This document shows, in pieces, positions 35,322 through 49,432 of a DNA stretch of 64,000 nt; positions within the stretch are counted from its first letter, which is position 1, and each line of letters begins with the position of its first letter. The position numbers and the translations under genes are program-made. The DNA comes from Eledone cirrhosa (taxonomy: Eukaryota), in contig OZ024741.1 of NCBI GenBank assembly GCA_964016885.1, positions 146,382,001 to 146,446,000 on the forward strand, written 5' to 3'. The notes beneath the pieces are model-generated. The model saw only the letters and a program-made list of their open reading frames with translations. It was not told the DNA's origin and made no database searches.

Positions 35322-38023
35322 TAATAATAAATTTGAACTAATCGGAGTGTCATTAATGAAATCAACGATGCTGGGTTTAAAATCACCTCTGATCTCAACA
35401 TCCTGGACCGGAATGAACCTCTGGACGCTGTTTCTCCCCACTTTACCCTGAAGGATCACAAATCCAGTTTTCCGAACAACCCCTCTATTCGGCTTATTAA
35501 CCATACGAAGTCCAATTTAGGTAGACTTAGTAAAAGGATTCTTGATAGAATTATACCTGAAATTAGAAGTTTGGCCCCTCTTGCACTGTGGAACAATTCT
35601 TTCGCGGTGATTGATTAGTTCAACGGCATATGCAACAAGGAACATTGCGGTTTTATCCAATTCGACATCAATAATTACTACTCCTCCATCACTTTACCAC
35701 TTCTCCTTAGAGCTATCAATTTCGCTAAAACACTCACAGTGGTTAAGGATTTCGAAGTTGATGTCATCCTCAATGCCCGTAAGTCGGTGATTAATTTCGA
35801 GGACTCTATTTGGATTAAAACATCTAATATTACCCCATTCGACGTGAGTATGGGCGCCAGCGATTCTGCGGAGGTTAGTGATCTTGTCGGCCTTTTCCTT
35901 CTTTTCTCTATCAAGGAAGAATTCTCCAAATTGGGCGGTGGTTTGTACCGTGATGATGGTTTTTTGACCATGTCTAAGTGCGGCCCACGTACTTGCGACA
36001 GGTTCAGAAAAGAACTTACAGCCTTCTTTAAAGGCTTCAACCTCTCCATACAGGTTGAAGCCAACCTCTCGGTCGTTAATTACCTCGACATTACCCTTAA
36101 TTTATCGAATCGCTTGCATTACCCGTATAGAAAGCCGAATGATACGCTTAATTATATAAGTAAGCATTCTAACCATCCTGCCAGCATAACCAAGAACCTG
36201 GTAAGAAACGTTTCTTTGAGGCTTTCCCGTCTTTCCACCAACGAGCATATTTTCAACGACCATTCCACATATTACAATGACGCTCTTGCTCGGAGTGGAT
36301 TTGTCGATAAGGTAGCATATACAGAGTACGAGAATAGACCTAGAAGAAATAGATCCCGACGCATTATATGGTATAACCCACCATATAATATGGAGGTGGC
36401 CACACCATTAGCTAAGATCTTTCTCTCCCTTATTACGAAGCATTTTCCCCCTACACATAAATATAGTAAAATTTTTAATAGAAATACTATTAAAATTTCT
36501 TACTCTACAAGTCCTAACCTTGCACATAACATCATAGCTTCAAATTTAGCTAAACTACCTAGCCGTATGAACACGTTCAACCCTGTAGTTAGTACTAACT
36601 GTAATTGTAGGAATCGGGTTGACTGCCCCCTATCCGGGAAATGCCTCTCTAGTAACATTGTCTACAAATGTAAGGTTGAAACACCCACGTCCCGTAGGGC
36701 CTACATAGGGTTAACCGCCAATAGATTCAAGCAGCGTCTTTACATGCCTACCTATTCTTTTCGTAACCCTTTAAGAAGGAATATGACGTCACTTTCAGCT
36801 TATATCTGGAGTCTAAAAGACAACCACACCCAATATAAGTTACACTGGGAGATCCTAGCTAGGGCTAGATCGTATAACAGAAATAAAAGACCATGTGACC
36901 TCTGCGCCGCTGAGGCCCTGGAAATACTCTACGCCAAAGACCACATCTTAAACAAAAAATCTGAGGTAATTTCGGCTTGTAAACATAAATTGCACAAAAC
37001 TTTCTTGTATTACAGCCCCACATTATACCCTAACGGATAGTACGACCTATACGCGGATATTTTACATCTTGATGTGGTAGCTAAGTATATGTTATGTTTA
37101 TACCATTATTTATTTGTATAGGTAAGTATATATATCCTGTATGTTTGGTGAAGGTACGTATACTTTCTCGTACGTATATTTGATTGTATATGTTATGGCG
37201 TATATATTATATATTCTGGTACATATGCTTTTGGTTATGTGTATACGTGAGTTTTGCGTCTGTGTGAGTATGCGGGTTTGTACGTATGTAGAGTGTGTGT
37301 ATATGTGTACTTTGTGTTGTGGTTGACGTACGTCTCCGAACATATGTGTATTTACATGTAGGTATATGTGTGCGCTTGTTATGTACGTATTTATTTATTT
37401 ATATACGTTTATTTAATTGTATGTATACACGCACACACACATATATATATATATAATCTTTTAATATATATTTTTATGTGTATTTGGTGTATACATTCGT
37501 ATGCGTGCGGGTACAGGCGTTGCGTGGGTTCTGTATGTTCGTGCGTTTTTTTTTTTGGGGGGGGGGGGGTTGTGTACGTGCGTGTATTTGTATACCCATG
37601 GCGAGTGTTTTCGCGTATGCTTGTGTATGTGTATGTATATGGATGCGTGTATGTATTAATTTAATTTCAATTACCTCTGTATTTTATTTACTTTATTCTT
37701 AACTCTGAAGCCGAGAATCATGTGGTTTCCTAATTAGAATTTTAGTCTACGACTTCAGTTATACCATTTACGCGGTTTTGTCTTTGCGTGTAATTGTTTT
37801 TCATCGCTCCAAATAATGACGTATTATATTCGTTTTTTCCCGTTCTTTGCCAGGGGACGTTTCCACGAACCAAAGTATCGTCTTCCTCTCTTCCTCCGGT
37901 GGCAACGTTTTTTGAAATATTTACTTCTCCGTTCACAGATTGACTTTGTTAGATTCAGAAGATCCCGTTAAGGGTGAAAGAAGCGATTCTTTGCTTAAAC
38001 TTTAATCCGTTATTTTAATAAAT
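35319..38023 (+). mobile_element. Penelope-like element resembling the Hydra clade, 5'-truncated, in (TA)n
   Basis: RT + C-terminal GIY-YIG; long 3' region with microsatellites, a hammerhead-like motif at 37951-37990 and AATAAA at the end. Confidence 0.9.
35337..37040 (+). pseudogene. PLE RT/GIY-YIG polyprotein, a single frame with one premature TAG (35616-35618)
   Basis: TLKDHK, RLIN, QFDINNYYSSI, FDVSMG, LYRDDG, NYLDITL, SNHP, linker CNCRNRVDC (CxCx5C), IVYKC...YIG, CDLC, LNKKSE and CKH. Confidence 0.9.
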
Positions 38024-38244
38024 CTCTCTCTCTATATATATATATATACATACATATATAAAATTTTACTAAGTAAGTTAATTTTTTTAATTTTTTTTTT
38101 AAATTTTCTTATTTTACGTCTTTTGTACATACATATATATATATATATGCATATATATATATGTACATATATACATACATACATATATATATACATATAT
38201 AAATATATATACAAATACACACACACACAGATATATATATATAT

Positions 38245-38254
<10 letters not shown>

Positions 38255-38277
<23 letters not shown>

Positions 38278-38880
38278 CATTTTACATCCGCTTTTCCCTG
38301 CTTGCAAGGGTGGGACGGGCCCTATTCAGCACCGCATCTCTCCACTTGTCACGCGGTCCTTCATCATCTCCACCGTGAGCTTCAGCGATCTGAGGTCTGC
38401 TCTCACCACCTCCACCCATGTTTTTCGTGGTCTTCCTCTACTGCGTCTTCCTTCAACTGGCATTTATTGGTACTTCTTTACCCAGCCGTCATCCTCCATG
38501 CGCATCACATGTCCATATCATCACAGTCTTCTCTCCCGCAGACTACAACTTATCCCTCTTAAACCTCATTTCTCTCCAGCCATCGCATATCCTCTGCAGT
38601 TGCTGCCCATGTCTCACTACCATTCAGGATTGTGCACCTCACACAGGCATCATATAACCGGCCTTTCATAGGCAGGGAGAAACCCTTCTTCGTCAGCAGA
38701 GGAAGCAGCTCTCTAAACTTCTTCCAACCCGTCCTTATTCTAGATAATATGGCCTTGGAACCCCCCCCCCCCCTTCCATGCTAATCTGACCGCCTAGGTA
38801 CCGGGAGCTATCAACCACTTTTATAGAGCCCAACTGCATTTGAAAAATGTGTCTTCCAATGCGACTTCTACTGTCAAATT
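38255..38880 (-). pseudogene. RTE LINE 3' fragment (second family)
   Basis: Minus-strand VVDSSRYLG and GWKKFRELLPLL; tail matches 30161-30445. Confidence 0.85.
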
Positions 38881-38898
38881 TCAATGAATTTTCCTTTC

Positions 38899-40265
38899 AC
38901 AGAGTTCCCCGTGCTATAATCTGGTATAACCTGTACAAGCCATGTATAGGGGAGCAGTCAGCAAAGTTAGGATTAGCAATGACTATAGCGAGGAATTTAG
39001 CATACAGGTTGGTGTCCACCAGGGCTCTGTTCTTAGCCCTCTCCTGTTCATCATAGTTTTGCAGGCAATAACGGAGGAATTTAAGACTGGATGCCCATGG
39101 GAACTCCTGTATGCAGATGACCTCGCACTTATAGCTGAATCTATGGTAGATCTAGAGAAGAATTCCAAACTTGGAAGCAGGGACTAGAAATAAAGGGTCT
39201 CAAAGTCAGCCTGACAAAGACTAAGGTCCTTGTAAGTAGACGAGAAAACAGAACCCAGATCCCCTCAGGGAAATGGCCTTGCTAATTCTCTGCCCCAAAG
39301 GCAAACAATGGGTACACAAGAGATGTAGTGGAATCTCAGGAAGCCTAAGTAAGAATGTAGGCTTCACATGCAGCAGCTGCGCTGGGACAGCAAGCAGCAG
39401 ACAGCCACAGGAAACAAGCACCATCAAACTCTGGGAGGGCTCTGTAGAAACAGTAGACAGCTTCTGCTACCTAGATGACTGAATTAACAGCGGAGGTGTT
39501 TGTTCGGAAAGTACAATAAGTAGGGTAAGAACGGGATGGAAGAAGTTCAGGGAGCTACTGCCACTGCTAGCTGCAAAAGGCTTCTCCCTCAAAATGAAAG
39601 GCAGATGCATGTATACGAACAGCAATGTTACATGGTAGTGAGACCTGGGCGCTGACTGTAGAAGGCTTGCGTAGACTAGAAAGAAACGAAGCCTGCTTGC
39701 TCCGACGGATGTGTAATAGTAATATACGCGAACGGCAAAGCATAAACGAATTGAGAGAGAAACTGAGATTAAGAGGAATCAAATGCTGTGTGCAGGAGAG
39801 GCGGTTGCCTTGGTATGGACATGTGTTGTGTATGAAGGATGACAGCTGCATAAAAAGATGCAGAGCACTAGAAGTCGATGGAAACCGCGGAGTAGGGAGA
39901 CCCAAGCCGACCTTACCCTATTACACCTCTCAAACGCGATGTCACACGACAGTGACCTCTGGCGTCACTCAGTAAAACAGAAGACCCGACACCCCACAGG
40001 TACAAGCCGAAGCTGATGCATATAGACAATATGCCTCCACACTCTCCCACTGCAAAGTGGTCGTCGAGGTGCCACGGCAAAAAAGCACCCAGCCCACACT
40101 GTAAAGTGGACGTGTAGGCGCACGGAAAAAAGCACCCAGCCCACACTGTAAAGTGGACGTGTAGGCGCACAGAAAAAAGCACCCAGCACTCACTGTAAAT
40201 GAGGTTGGTGTTAGGAAGGGCATCCAGCTGTAGAAATCAAGCCAGAATCAGTGATGATGATGATA
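38899..40265 (+). pseudogene. RTE LINE (PHD family) fragment with 3' UTR VNTR and (GAT)n tail
   Basis: Highly similar to 16551-17860; HQGSVLSP, YADD, partial PHD; 45-bp repeats at 40047-40200. Confidence 0.9.
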
Positions 40266-40281
40266 TGTATATATATATATG

Positions 40282-40337
<56 letters not shown>

Positions 40338-40749
40338 CATATGTATACGAATAACCGAAATGGCACCAAGCTGGTTCACTTGTACTGTGGGGGACTCTGT
40401 AATGTAGAACATTCAGTTTTAGCACCTTCCTCTCCATCCATTTAGAATTAAATCTTCTTGTTAGAAAATCCGGTATGTTTGCCTGTTGTTTTTGTTTTTC
40501 CATCTCTCCCTGGTCGGCTATGTACGTTCGCCTTCCGGAAGTCACCCTTTCCTTCCCGCCCACTTACCACCATAGTTATTTGGTCCAATTAAATCTCAGC
40601 AGTTTTATAGTAAGGCCGCTACTTCTTAAGCTTAGATCTAGGTGTTGTTGGTTATGATAAATGGACTACGGAGTTGGGGAACCTGAACACTCACAATGAC
40701 AATGACAAAGATATATTTATCTCCCGTCTCTTGGAGAGCCTTTGCTAGA

Positions 40750-42735
40750 GACCCACGCACCTTAATTTGGTGGGCTCTTAGAAAACTAGGAGTAGATAAA
40801 TGGCTTGTGAGAGCTATACAAGCAATGTATAGAGGGACAGTCACAAAAGTTAGATTTAACAATGAATATAGTGAAGAATTTAGCGTAATAGTAGGGGTTC
40901 GCTAGGGCTCCGTCCTTAGCCCCTCCTGTTTATTATACCGTATATACTCGCGTATAGGTCACCCTAGCAGATAGGTGGCATACCCACTTTTCATTTAACA
41001 AATAGGCTATTTGCCATTAACTCGCAGATAGGTCGCACTGAAATTTGGGCCGTCAAACTACTATTTTTTATGATAATTGAAACTAATAATCTGTTAGCTT
41101 TCCATTACTTCACCGTTGCGATAAATACTTCAAACCATGTTTTATTTATAAAATAAACATTAACGTCATCGAAATCTCGTCAATTCGAGATTACTGCGAG
41201 ATAAAGCCTTTAAGCGCGAAAATTAACTCTTACTATAGTGAAACAACTTGAAATAATACGTGTTTTTTAACGTTGAAAGTACAGATTTTTAGCGTATCAA
41301 CATGGCTTCCCAAAGTAGCGACATTCGAAATGAAAAAGAAACACAAGATAATATTTTGATTTATCTTCAAATGAATCAGAGATATTTATTTCTGACGATG
41401 ATAGTTACTTTGAAAGTGAAAGCGAAGATCTGACGTACACCATTGAAAATATTACAGCAACGTGATTGAAAGATACAACACCAATACATGTTCACACCTG
41501 TTAATGAGCTTATATATTGGCAACACTCTGTTACGTTAATTTACACCGTACATTGTGTAAGAGTACATTGCAAATATTATTTTGACTGGTGAAAAGGTTT
41601 TATACATTTTTTCAATGAAAATATTTGCCTGGAATGTACAGAAAGACTAAAACCTTGTACTGATTATATCTGCATTTTTAATTAATTCACCTGTTCGGAA
41701 AACTGCTAGAATTGATGGAAGTCAACATCTAGGTCATTATTGAAAATTTTTGCAACAAATCTAACAGGTAAGGCAGATAAAAATTTTAAATACCGGGATT
41801 GCATTTCTATGGATTTTAATGACGGATGGTTCGGTCAGATAGAAAAAAAACGTAAACACTACCAAGTTTTAGTAAAAAAATTTAAAATCAAGAAATATAT
41901 GTATAAGAAGGTAGATATATGAAATTATTATGTTAAATAATAAAAAATATTAACAAAGTTATTTTTATAAATACCCATCGTTGATTAAGTCTATGAAAAA
42001 TCATTGGTCAGTCTGATGTCGATCGGAGAGGGCGCACCCCAAAAATGCTTATTTATCGTTAAAAATGTGCCACCTATACGCTATATATAGGCTATAACAG
42101 AAGGGTTTAAGATTGGCTGCCCATGGGAACTTCTATATGCAGATGATCTAACTCTCATAGCTGAATCTATGGACGAACTAGAGAAAAAGTTCCAAACATG
42201 GAAGCATGGTCTAGAATCAAAAGGCCTCAAAGTTAACTTGTCTGAGACTAAAGTTCTAGTATGTAGAAAGGAGAATAGGGCACAGGTGCCCTATGGGAAA
42301 TGGCCATGTTCATTGTGTAAGAAAGGAGTAGGTAGAAATTCCATTCTATGCCCCAAATGCAAATTATGGGTACATAAAAGATGTAGTGGGATCACAGGTA
42401 AGCTAACTAAGAATGTAGATTTTATATGTGGCCAATGCTCAGGTGTAGTAAGTAGCAAGGACCCACGGGATGCCAACTCCTTCAACTACCCACATGGTTC
42501 TATAGAAATAGTAGACACTTTCGATTACCTGGGTGACAAAATCAGCAGTGGAGGAGGGTAGCCACACTGTAAAAGCGATTGGTGTTAGAAAGGGCATCCA
42601 ACCATTGAAAACCTGTCAGAGACACTTCCGTACGTGCAAGACATGGTCTCCTGACCAATCCTGCATCAAATGAAACAAAACCGTTTAACTCATGCTAGTG
42701 TGGAAGATGGATGTTAAACAATGATGATGATGATA
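40750..42735 (+). pseudogene. RTE LINE (PHD family) split by a DNA transposon
   Basis: IWWALRKLG...SVLSP at 40750-40937 resumes at about 42089 with GCPWELLYADD; intact PHD at 42307-42438; family B tail at 42563-42735. Confidence 0.9.
40938..42088. mobile_element. Non-autonomous pogo/Tigger-like element
   Basis: TA then CCGTATATACTCGCGTATAGGT on the left; eroded inverse ACCTATACGC-TATATAT on the right; interrupts the RTE RT. Confidence 0.7.
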
Positions 42736-42754
42736 TGTATATATATATGTATAG

Positions 42755-44657
42755 TAATAATAATAAATTTGAAGACTAAAATCCAAAGAGGGCTCGATAA
42801 GGATAAATATATATCAAATACATAAGAACCGTAGAGCAAATATTTATTAAAATAAAAGATTAAAGTTTAAGCAAAGAATTGCTGCTTTCACCCTTAACGG
42901 GATCTTCTGAAACTAACAAAGTCAATCTGTGAACGCAGAATGGAATATTTCAAAAAACGTTGCAACCGGAGGAAGACAGGAAGACGATACTATGGTTCGT
43001 GGAAATGTTCCCTGGCAAAGAACGGGAAAAAAACGAATATAATACGTAATTATTTGGAGTGGTGAAAACCAATTACATGCAAAAACAAAACCACGTTTAT
43101 GGTATAAAAGAAGTCGTAGACTAATATTCTATTAGGTGGTTCATAGAGACGTTCTCTGGCAATGAACGAAAAAAACGAAGATAATACGTCATATGTGGAG
43201 CGTGGAGCACAATTGCACGCAAAGACAAAACCACGTAAATGGTATAACTAAAGTCGTAGACTAAAATTCTAACTAGGAAACCGAATGATTCTCGGCTTCA
43301 GAGTTAAGAATAAAGTAAATAAAATACAAAGACAATTGAAATTAAATAAATACATACACGCATCCATATACGTACATACACAAGCATACGTGAAAACACT
43401 CGCCATAGCTATACAAATACACGAACATATAAATATGTGCGTGTATACAAATAATTAAATAAACGTATATAAATAAATAAATATGTATATAACAAGCGCA
43501 CACACATACCTACATGTAAATACACATATGTTCGGAGACGTACAAGCATACGCGAAAACACTAGCCATAGTTATACAACTACATGCACATATAAATGTGT
43601 GTGTGTGTGTGCGTGTATACAAATCATTAAATAAACGTATATAAATAATTAAATAAGTATATAACAAGTGTAACTTATATTGGGTGTGGTTGTCTTTTAG
43701 ACTCCAGATATAAGCTGAAAGTGACGTCATATTCCTTCTTAGAGGGTAACGAAAAGAATGGGTATGCATGTAAAGACGCTGCTTGAATCTATTGGCGGTT
43801 AACCCTATGTAGGCCCTACGGGACATGGGTATTTCAACCTTACATTTGTAGACAATGTCACTAGAGAGGCATTTCCCGGATAGGGGGCAGTCAACCCGAT
43901 TCCTACAATTACAGTTAGTACTAACTACAGGGTTGCACGTGTTCCTACGGCTAGGTAGTTTAGCTAAATTTGAATCTGTGATGTTATGTGCAAGGTTAGG
44001 ACTTGTAGAGTAAGAAATTTTAATAGTATTTCTATTAAAAATTTTACTATATTTATGTGTAGGGGGAAAATGCTTCGTAATAAGGGAGAGAAAGATCTTA
44101 GCTAATGGTGTGGCCACCTCCATATTATATGGTGGGTTATACCATATAATGCGTCGGGATCTATTTCTTCTAGGTCTATTCTCGTACTCTGTATATGCTA
44201 CCTTATCGACAAATCCACTCCGAGCAAGAGCTTCATTGTAATAAGTGGAATGGTCGTTGAAAATATCCTTGTTAGTAGATAGAAACGTTTCTTACCAGGT
44301 TCTTGGTTATGCTGGCAGGATGGTTTGAATGCTTACTTATGTAATTAAGCGTATTATTCGGCTTTCTATATGGGTAATGCAAGCCATTCGATAAATTGAG
44401 GGTAATGTTGAGGTAATTAACGACCGAGAGGTTGGCCTCAACCTGTAGAGAGGTTGAAGCCGTTAAAGAAGGCTGTGAGTTCTTTTCTGAACCTGCCGCA
44501 AGCACGTTGGCCGCACTTAATCATGGTCAAAAGACCATCATCATGGTACAAACCACCGCCCACGTTGGGGAATTCGTCCTTGATAGAGAAAAGAAGGAAA
44601 GGGCCGATAAGATCAGTAACCTCTGCAGAATCGGAAAATTGGATTTGTGATCCTTCA
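42755..44657 (-). mobile_element. Second copy of the Hydra-like PLE, inverted, with internal deletions
   Basis: Nearly identical protein (MEVATPLAKIF...CNCRNRVDCPLSGKC...YIG) and 3' region to 35319-38023. Confidence 0.92.
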
Positions 44658-44658
44658 C

Positions 44659-44689
<31 letters not shown>

Positions 44690-44694
<5 letters not shown>

Positions 44695-45290
44695 GGTCAC
44701 TCTTGAGTGCTACTGGTAACATGTAACCCAGTACCTGTCGCATGGTCAGGTCGTCGGCGACTAAACCGCAACCACATCAAGTTTACTTGGTGAGGAGGGT
44801 GATTTTGGACACCCTGTAGGACAAAAAACAAAACCTGACAAAGGGCAGAAGAACCCATAAGAGTCAACGGCCATCCACAAGTGTGTAAATATGTATATAT
44901 ACACATGCACATATGTATGTATATGTACATGGGTGCATGTGTATGTATATGCGCGGGGACATAGAAAAATTAGGGCTGGATACCCGATCGCGCGGTTAAA
45001 CCACTAGGAGTGAAGGACCCCTAGCCTTTGTCAGAGTATTCTTCTAGGAGAAGGCAACTCAGGAAACTGGGATAACTCCGACATAAAACCTGCGGCTCAG
45101 TATTGACCGATGATGTTGACCTTCTTTTCGGGTTATAGCTATTGTAAGTGGGATTGGCTCAGTGCACAGTCTTTCCTCACTTTAAAAAATATCTTCACGC
45201 ACAGGCATTGCACAATAGAATTAATTAATAATTATTAATAATGGTATATCGTGCAATGGCCATACTCGATAACGAGGGCGCAGCCATCAT
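44690..45290 (+). mobile_element. Internally deleted RTE derivative with an internal microsatellite
   Basis: Homologous to 15063-15673; 3' stem-loop CTCG-ATAA-CGAG then GCAGCCATC. Confidence 0.7.
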
Positions 45291-47127
45291 ATATATATAT
45301 GTATATATATATATACATATATATATATGTATATATATCATCATCATCGTTTAACACCTATCTTCCACGCTAGCATGGGTTTAGTCAGAAATTGTCCCAC
45401 TTGAGGCAAGATTGGTCATCTCGCTCGTATGTGTATATATATATAGGAAAAGAGTCAGGACCTCGATGGCTGAGCTCCGGCCGTTTCAACAGCTAGATCC
45501 TATTACCCACTCTACTACCCTAATTATCGAGTACTCTGGTGTATTATGGTCCCCCTGGTTCCTTACCACACTTTCTTTGTTATATATATATATATATATA
45601 TATAATGTGTGTGTGTTTCCAATCGTTTCAATCACCAAATTTCTCTGTCTGAAGCAGGGGAAATGCCAGACTAAGTATTATTTACAAGTTAATGATAATA
45701 TTAGCCATGACATAGTTCCAGTTCCTATTCAATCAACTTGTTTCAAACAAAGAGTTTGAAATTACCAAATTGCTATTACTTTGCTTCACTCTGAAACTTG
45801 CATTTATTAAATATTTTCACAGCAGAACAGAATGTGATAAACACTAGCCATAGTTAAGGACAAATTGTTCAATACCAAAGCACCAGATAATCAATAAAAT
45901 ACTTTCAGAAACCTAATTAGGAAATATATTAATATTTTCATATAAATATCTATTAGGAATTAGTGCTGGTGCTATAATAAAAGGCACCAAGTGCATTTTC
46001 TAACGGGATTGGTGTTAGGGAGGGTATCCAGCTGTAGAAACCATGCCAAAATCAGAACATTTATAAGCATGACATGGTCCCCACCTTAAATGGAAAGATA
46101 GCTCCAATTGAATACTGATGGTGGACTGCAAAGTTCAAAGCTAAAGTGATAGAGTGACAAGGAGTCTGTAGATTGTTAATTATTCTGCTAAAAATTGCTG
46201 CTAAATTTCTCTCAATTCATACTCTAGCATATTAAAAAACAAAGAATGATACATTAGACAATGTAGTACTAGGTATCATATGCCTAAAATAAAAGACAGA
46301 AAGGTAATGGTTTAAATACCTTCAATCGTAGGTATACTCATTTAGAGTTGACTTAGTGCTTCCCTCTAAGCATAGAAATTAATTTGTTAGTCCTTAAACA
46401 CAGAAATTAATTTATGATTTATGATCCATGCTTTATGCTCTGTATACAGATATTGATATCTTTCATTCTTTATGAGCAAATAATCAATGGATGATATATA
46501 CTCACAAAGCTAACATTATTACAAAAGTCCTATCAGGAGAAGCTTTACTATTACACAAGTTGAGATAAAATCAAACAATACTGTTCAAAAGAAATTAATT
46601 AACTGAGAACTTATAAGATTTGTAACAGAAGCCCCCAAAGATATAAGATACAACGACTATGACAAACTCCTATTAAGCAGTACATGTGAAAAAACTGTAG
46701 GTAGTAAACAGAAAAAATTGAAAAGGTTTATTCAAGATACTTGTAAGAATCTCATACTGAAATGTGTATGAAGGAATATAAAACAGAAATATAATCAATC
46801 ACCAAATAACAGAAACAAATTGGTTCTGGGTTTTGTATCAGCATAATATAATAGTGTGCGTTCATGTATCTGTATATTTCCTTCTTGGGTGAGAAACTTT
46901 ACTTAAGTGATATAATAATGTTTTGTAATAGAATTTGCTATTATGCCAAATGCACATATATTGCGATAGATGTGAAAATGCAATTCCATAGAAAAATAGT
47001 TTTACTCCATATGTTTTCAAATAATTGATATATAGAGAAAGGAAATATGATCTACTTGATATAAATATACTGTTTAATAAATGAAGTGTGTTTGAATGTA
47101 TATACACATATGCAAAGACTATTTGAT

Positions 47128-47300
47128 AGCATAGAGGGTCGGACGCCATGTTTTGATGCATAGAGTTACGGTCCTTGCCATCTGAGTTCAAATCCTGCTG
47201 AAGTTAACTTTGCCTTTCATCCTTACGGGGTCGATAAAATAAAGTACCAGTAATGTACTGGGTAATTGCTCGCCTTGTGCCAAAAGTAGAAACAATTATT
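47128..47300 (+). mobile_element. SINE family A, slightly 5'-truncated
   Basis: B box GTTCAAATCC and tail GCCAAAAGTAGAAACAATT. Confidence 0.9.
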
Positions 47301-48961
47301 TCTTTTATAATCACTGATGTTTTAGTTGAAAGTACAAACTTATCACTACTGCAGCACCACTGACAAAATAACTACCATCACCATCACCTCCACATATAGA
47401 TAAATGAAATAAACACATACAGGCAAGATAATGTTCCAATGGTGCAGTTTAAAAGAATTCCTATGTAATATAACTTAAATGCAGAAATGAGATAATATAA
47501 AGGAAAATAAAACAACAGAACAACTGATCTGACCAAAAAGACATTGTTTTCATTGGTATTTCCATTTCTGATACTATCTGTTGGCTGCAACTCCTGGCAG
47601 AAGGTGGCAGGTTTTGAAATGAAAATGCCCAGAGCTGGATCGGAAACCACAAAGCATCCTATCCAGTTCTTTAACTATTTTGCCTGTCCACCACCCACTG
47701 AATGGACACTTTATTTTTATCAACCCCAAAAAGATGATATGCAATGGAAAGTTGACCTTGAACTCAGAACATAGAGAGCTAAATACAAATGCTTTGTCAA
47801 TTAGTCTGATACTTTAATGATTTTGATAATTCGCAACCATGAGTGATAAACAACATTAGGGTAAACTGCGCTTTTTTTTTTTTGCATATTTTTGTCATGA
47901 AATTTAATCTACAAACACATGTTATTGTATTATATTACATTTTATATAACAAGGTTTCAAACTTATCGGTTTTTAATATAAGTAGTTAAGATTTAAAAGA
48001 AGCATTCATGTAAGCTTTGTTCTTATTTCATATTAAGATGAAGACAAACATTTAAAAAATCCAATAAATTAAACAATAGTAGTTTTACTAAACAGATATT
48101 TGTAAAGAAGAGCCGGTTTGTGAAGTTTTATCAACTAAAATTCAATTAATATCATCAACAAATTTTTGTTCCAGCTACGTGTTCATACAATGCATTGTTA
48201 TCTCATTGGATAAAAAAAAATATTTCAAAAGAAACAAAGCAAATCGATATAAATTTAGTAAATAGAATTTAGGAAATTTGAGACATTTGTCTGAAATGAT
48301 GTTGATTTTCTGAAATATTTAACAATACTGAATGAAAACTAAAGAAAAAGGTTTTTTTTTATTTTTTGTTCCTTTTAAATAAAAGATAGCACTTTTTAAT
48401 CCAATTGTTGATAACAATTTTCCTTCTACAAAATTCCGAAATCTGACTAAAAGAAGATAAGTTCATGTCTCCATAAGTATATATTTTCAAGACCTTTGTG
48501 GATTTTAAAAAGGCTGGTAGGGCGCTCTGTTTTTATGATGTTAAAAAGATAACTTCTCTTTTGAATAAGAGTCTGATTTATAAGAGATATCAGCTGAGAT
48601 AATTAATCCTGATGGCTGGTTAAATAGAGAATCAACCCTTTTGATACCAAATCACAAAAAACTGCTTCTGCTTCTACAATACAAACATGTTCTTCATCAT
48701 AATTTTATGTATGGAGCTTTGTTAAGATATACTTTGAATGCCAGCTTGATAATGATAAAGTTAAGTGAGATATTTAATCTCTCCAAATTCTTTATTATTT
48801 TAAAACTTTTCATGAAAAATATGCTAACGGATAGATTAAGAATTAATACTTACCAAAAAGAAATACATCACATCAACTACACTGAATTTCATCTCAACAC
48901 TTATAAGCTAAATGCAGGAACTTAAATGCTTAAACATTTTATCTCTATTTCAATAAGTAAT

Positions 48962-49146
48962 TGTTTCTACATTTGGCACAAGGCCAGCAATTATCCAGTG
49001 TATTACTGGTACTTTATTTTATCGACCCCGAAAGGATGAAAGGCAAAGTTAACCTCGGCGGGATTTGAACTCAGAATGGCAAGGACCGTAACTCTATGCG
49101 TCAAAGCATTGCGTCCAACCCTCTACCAATACTGCCAATCCTCCGC
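48962..49146 (-). mobile_element. Full-length SINE family A with TSD
   Basis: Flanked by TCTATTTCAATAAGTAAT on both sides. Confidence 0.92.
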
Positions 49147-49432
49147 TCTATTTCAATAAGTAATGAACCCTTCTGATACTAAACTGCCTGAAACTTCTCT
49201 CGGTTCTGTGATATGGAGGCATTGTTTCAAACTATTCACCTTAAAATTTAAAACTCCCATTATAAATTTATATAAGAAATTTTTGAATTTTCAAACACTA
49301 GTTTGATAACGAGAAAGTTTATTTTACTCTATCTTTGCAAATTCTTAAATGTTTCAAAATTAATTGAAAACTATAGGCAGTGTATTTTATTAAAAATATG
49401 GTAACAAAAGAAGTACATGTATAATTTATATA

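Noticed and set aside
47421-47460. Possible 40-nt minus-strand exon (TAG acceptor, GTATGT donor)
   Set aside because: Weak acceptor, and compatible with only one of the two downstream frames; no independent support.
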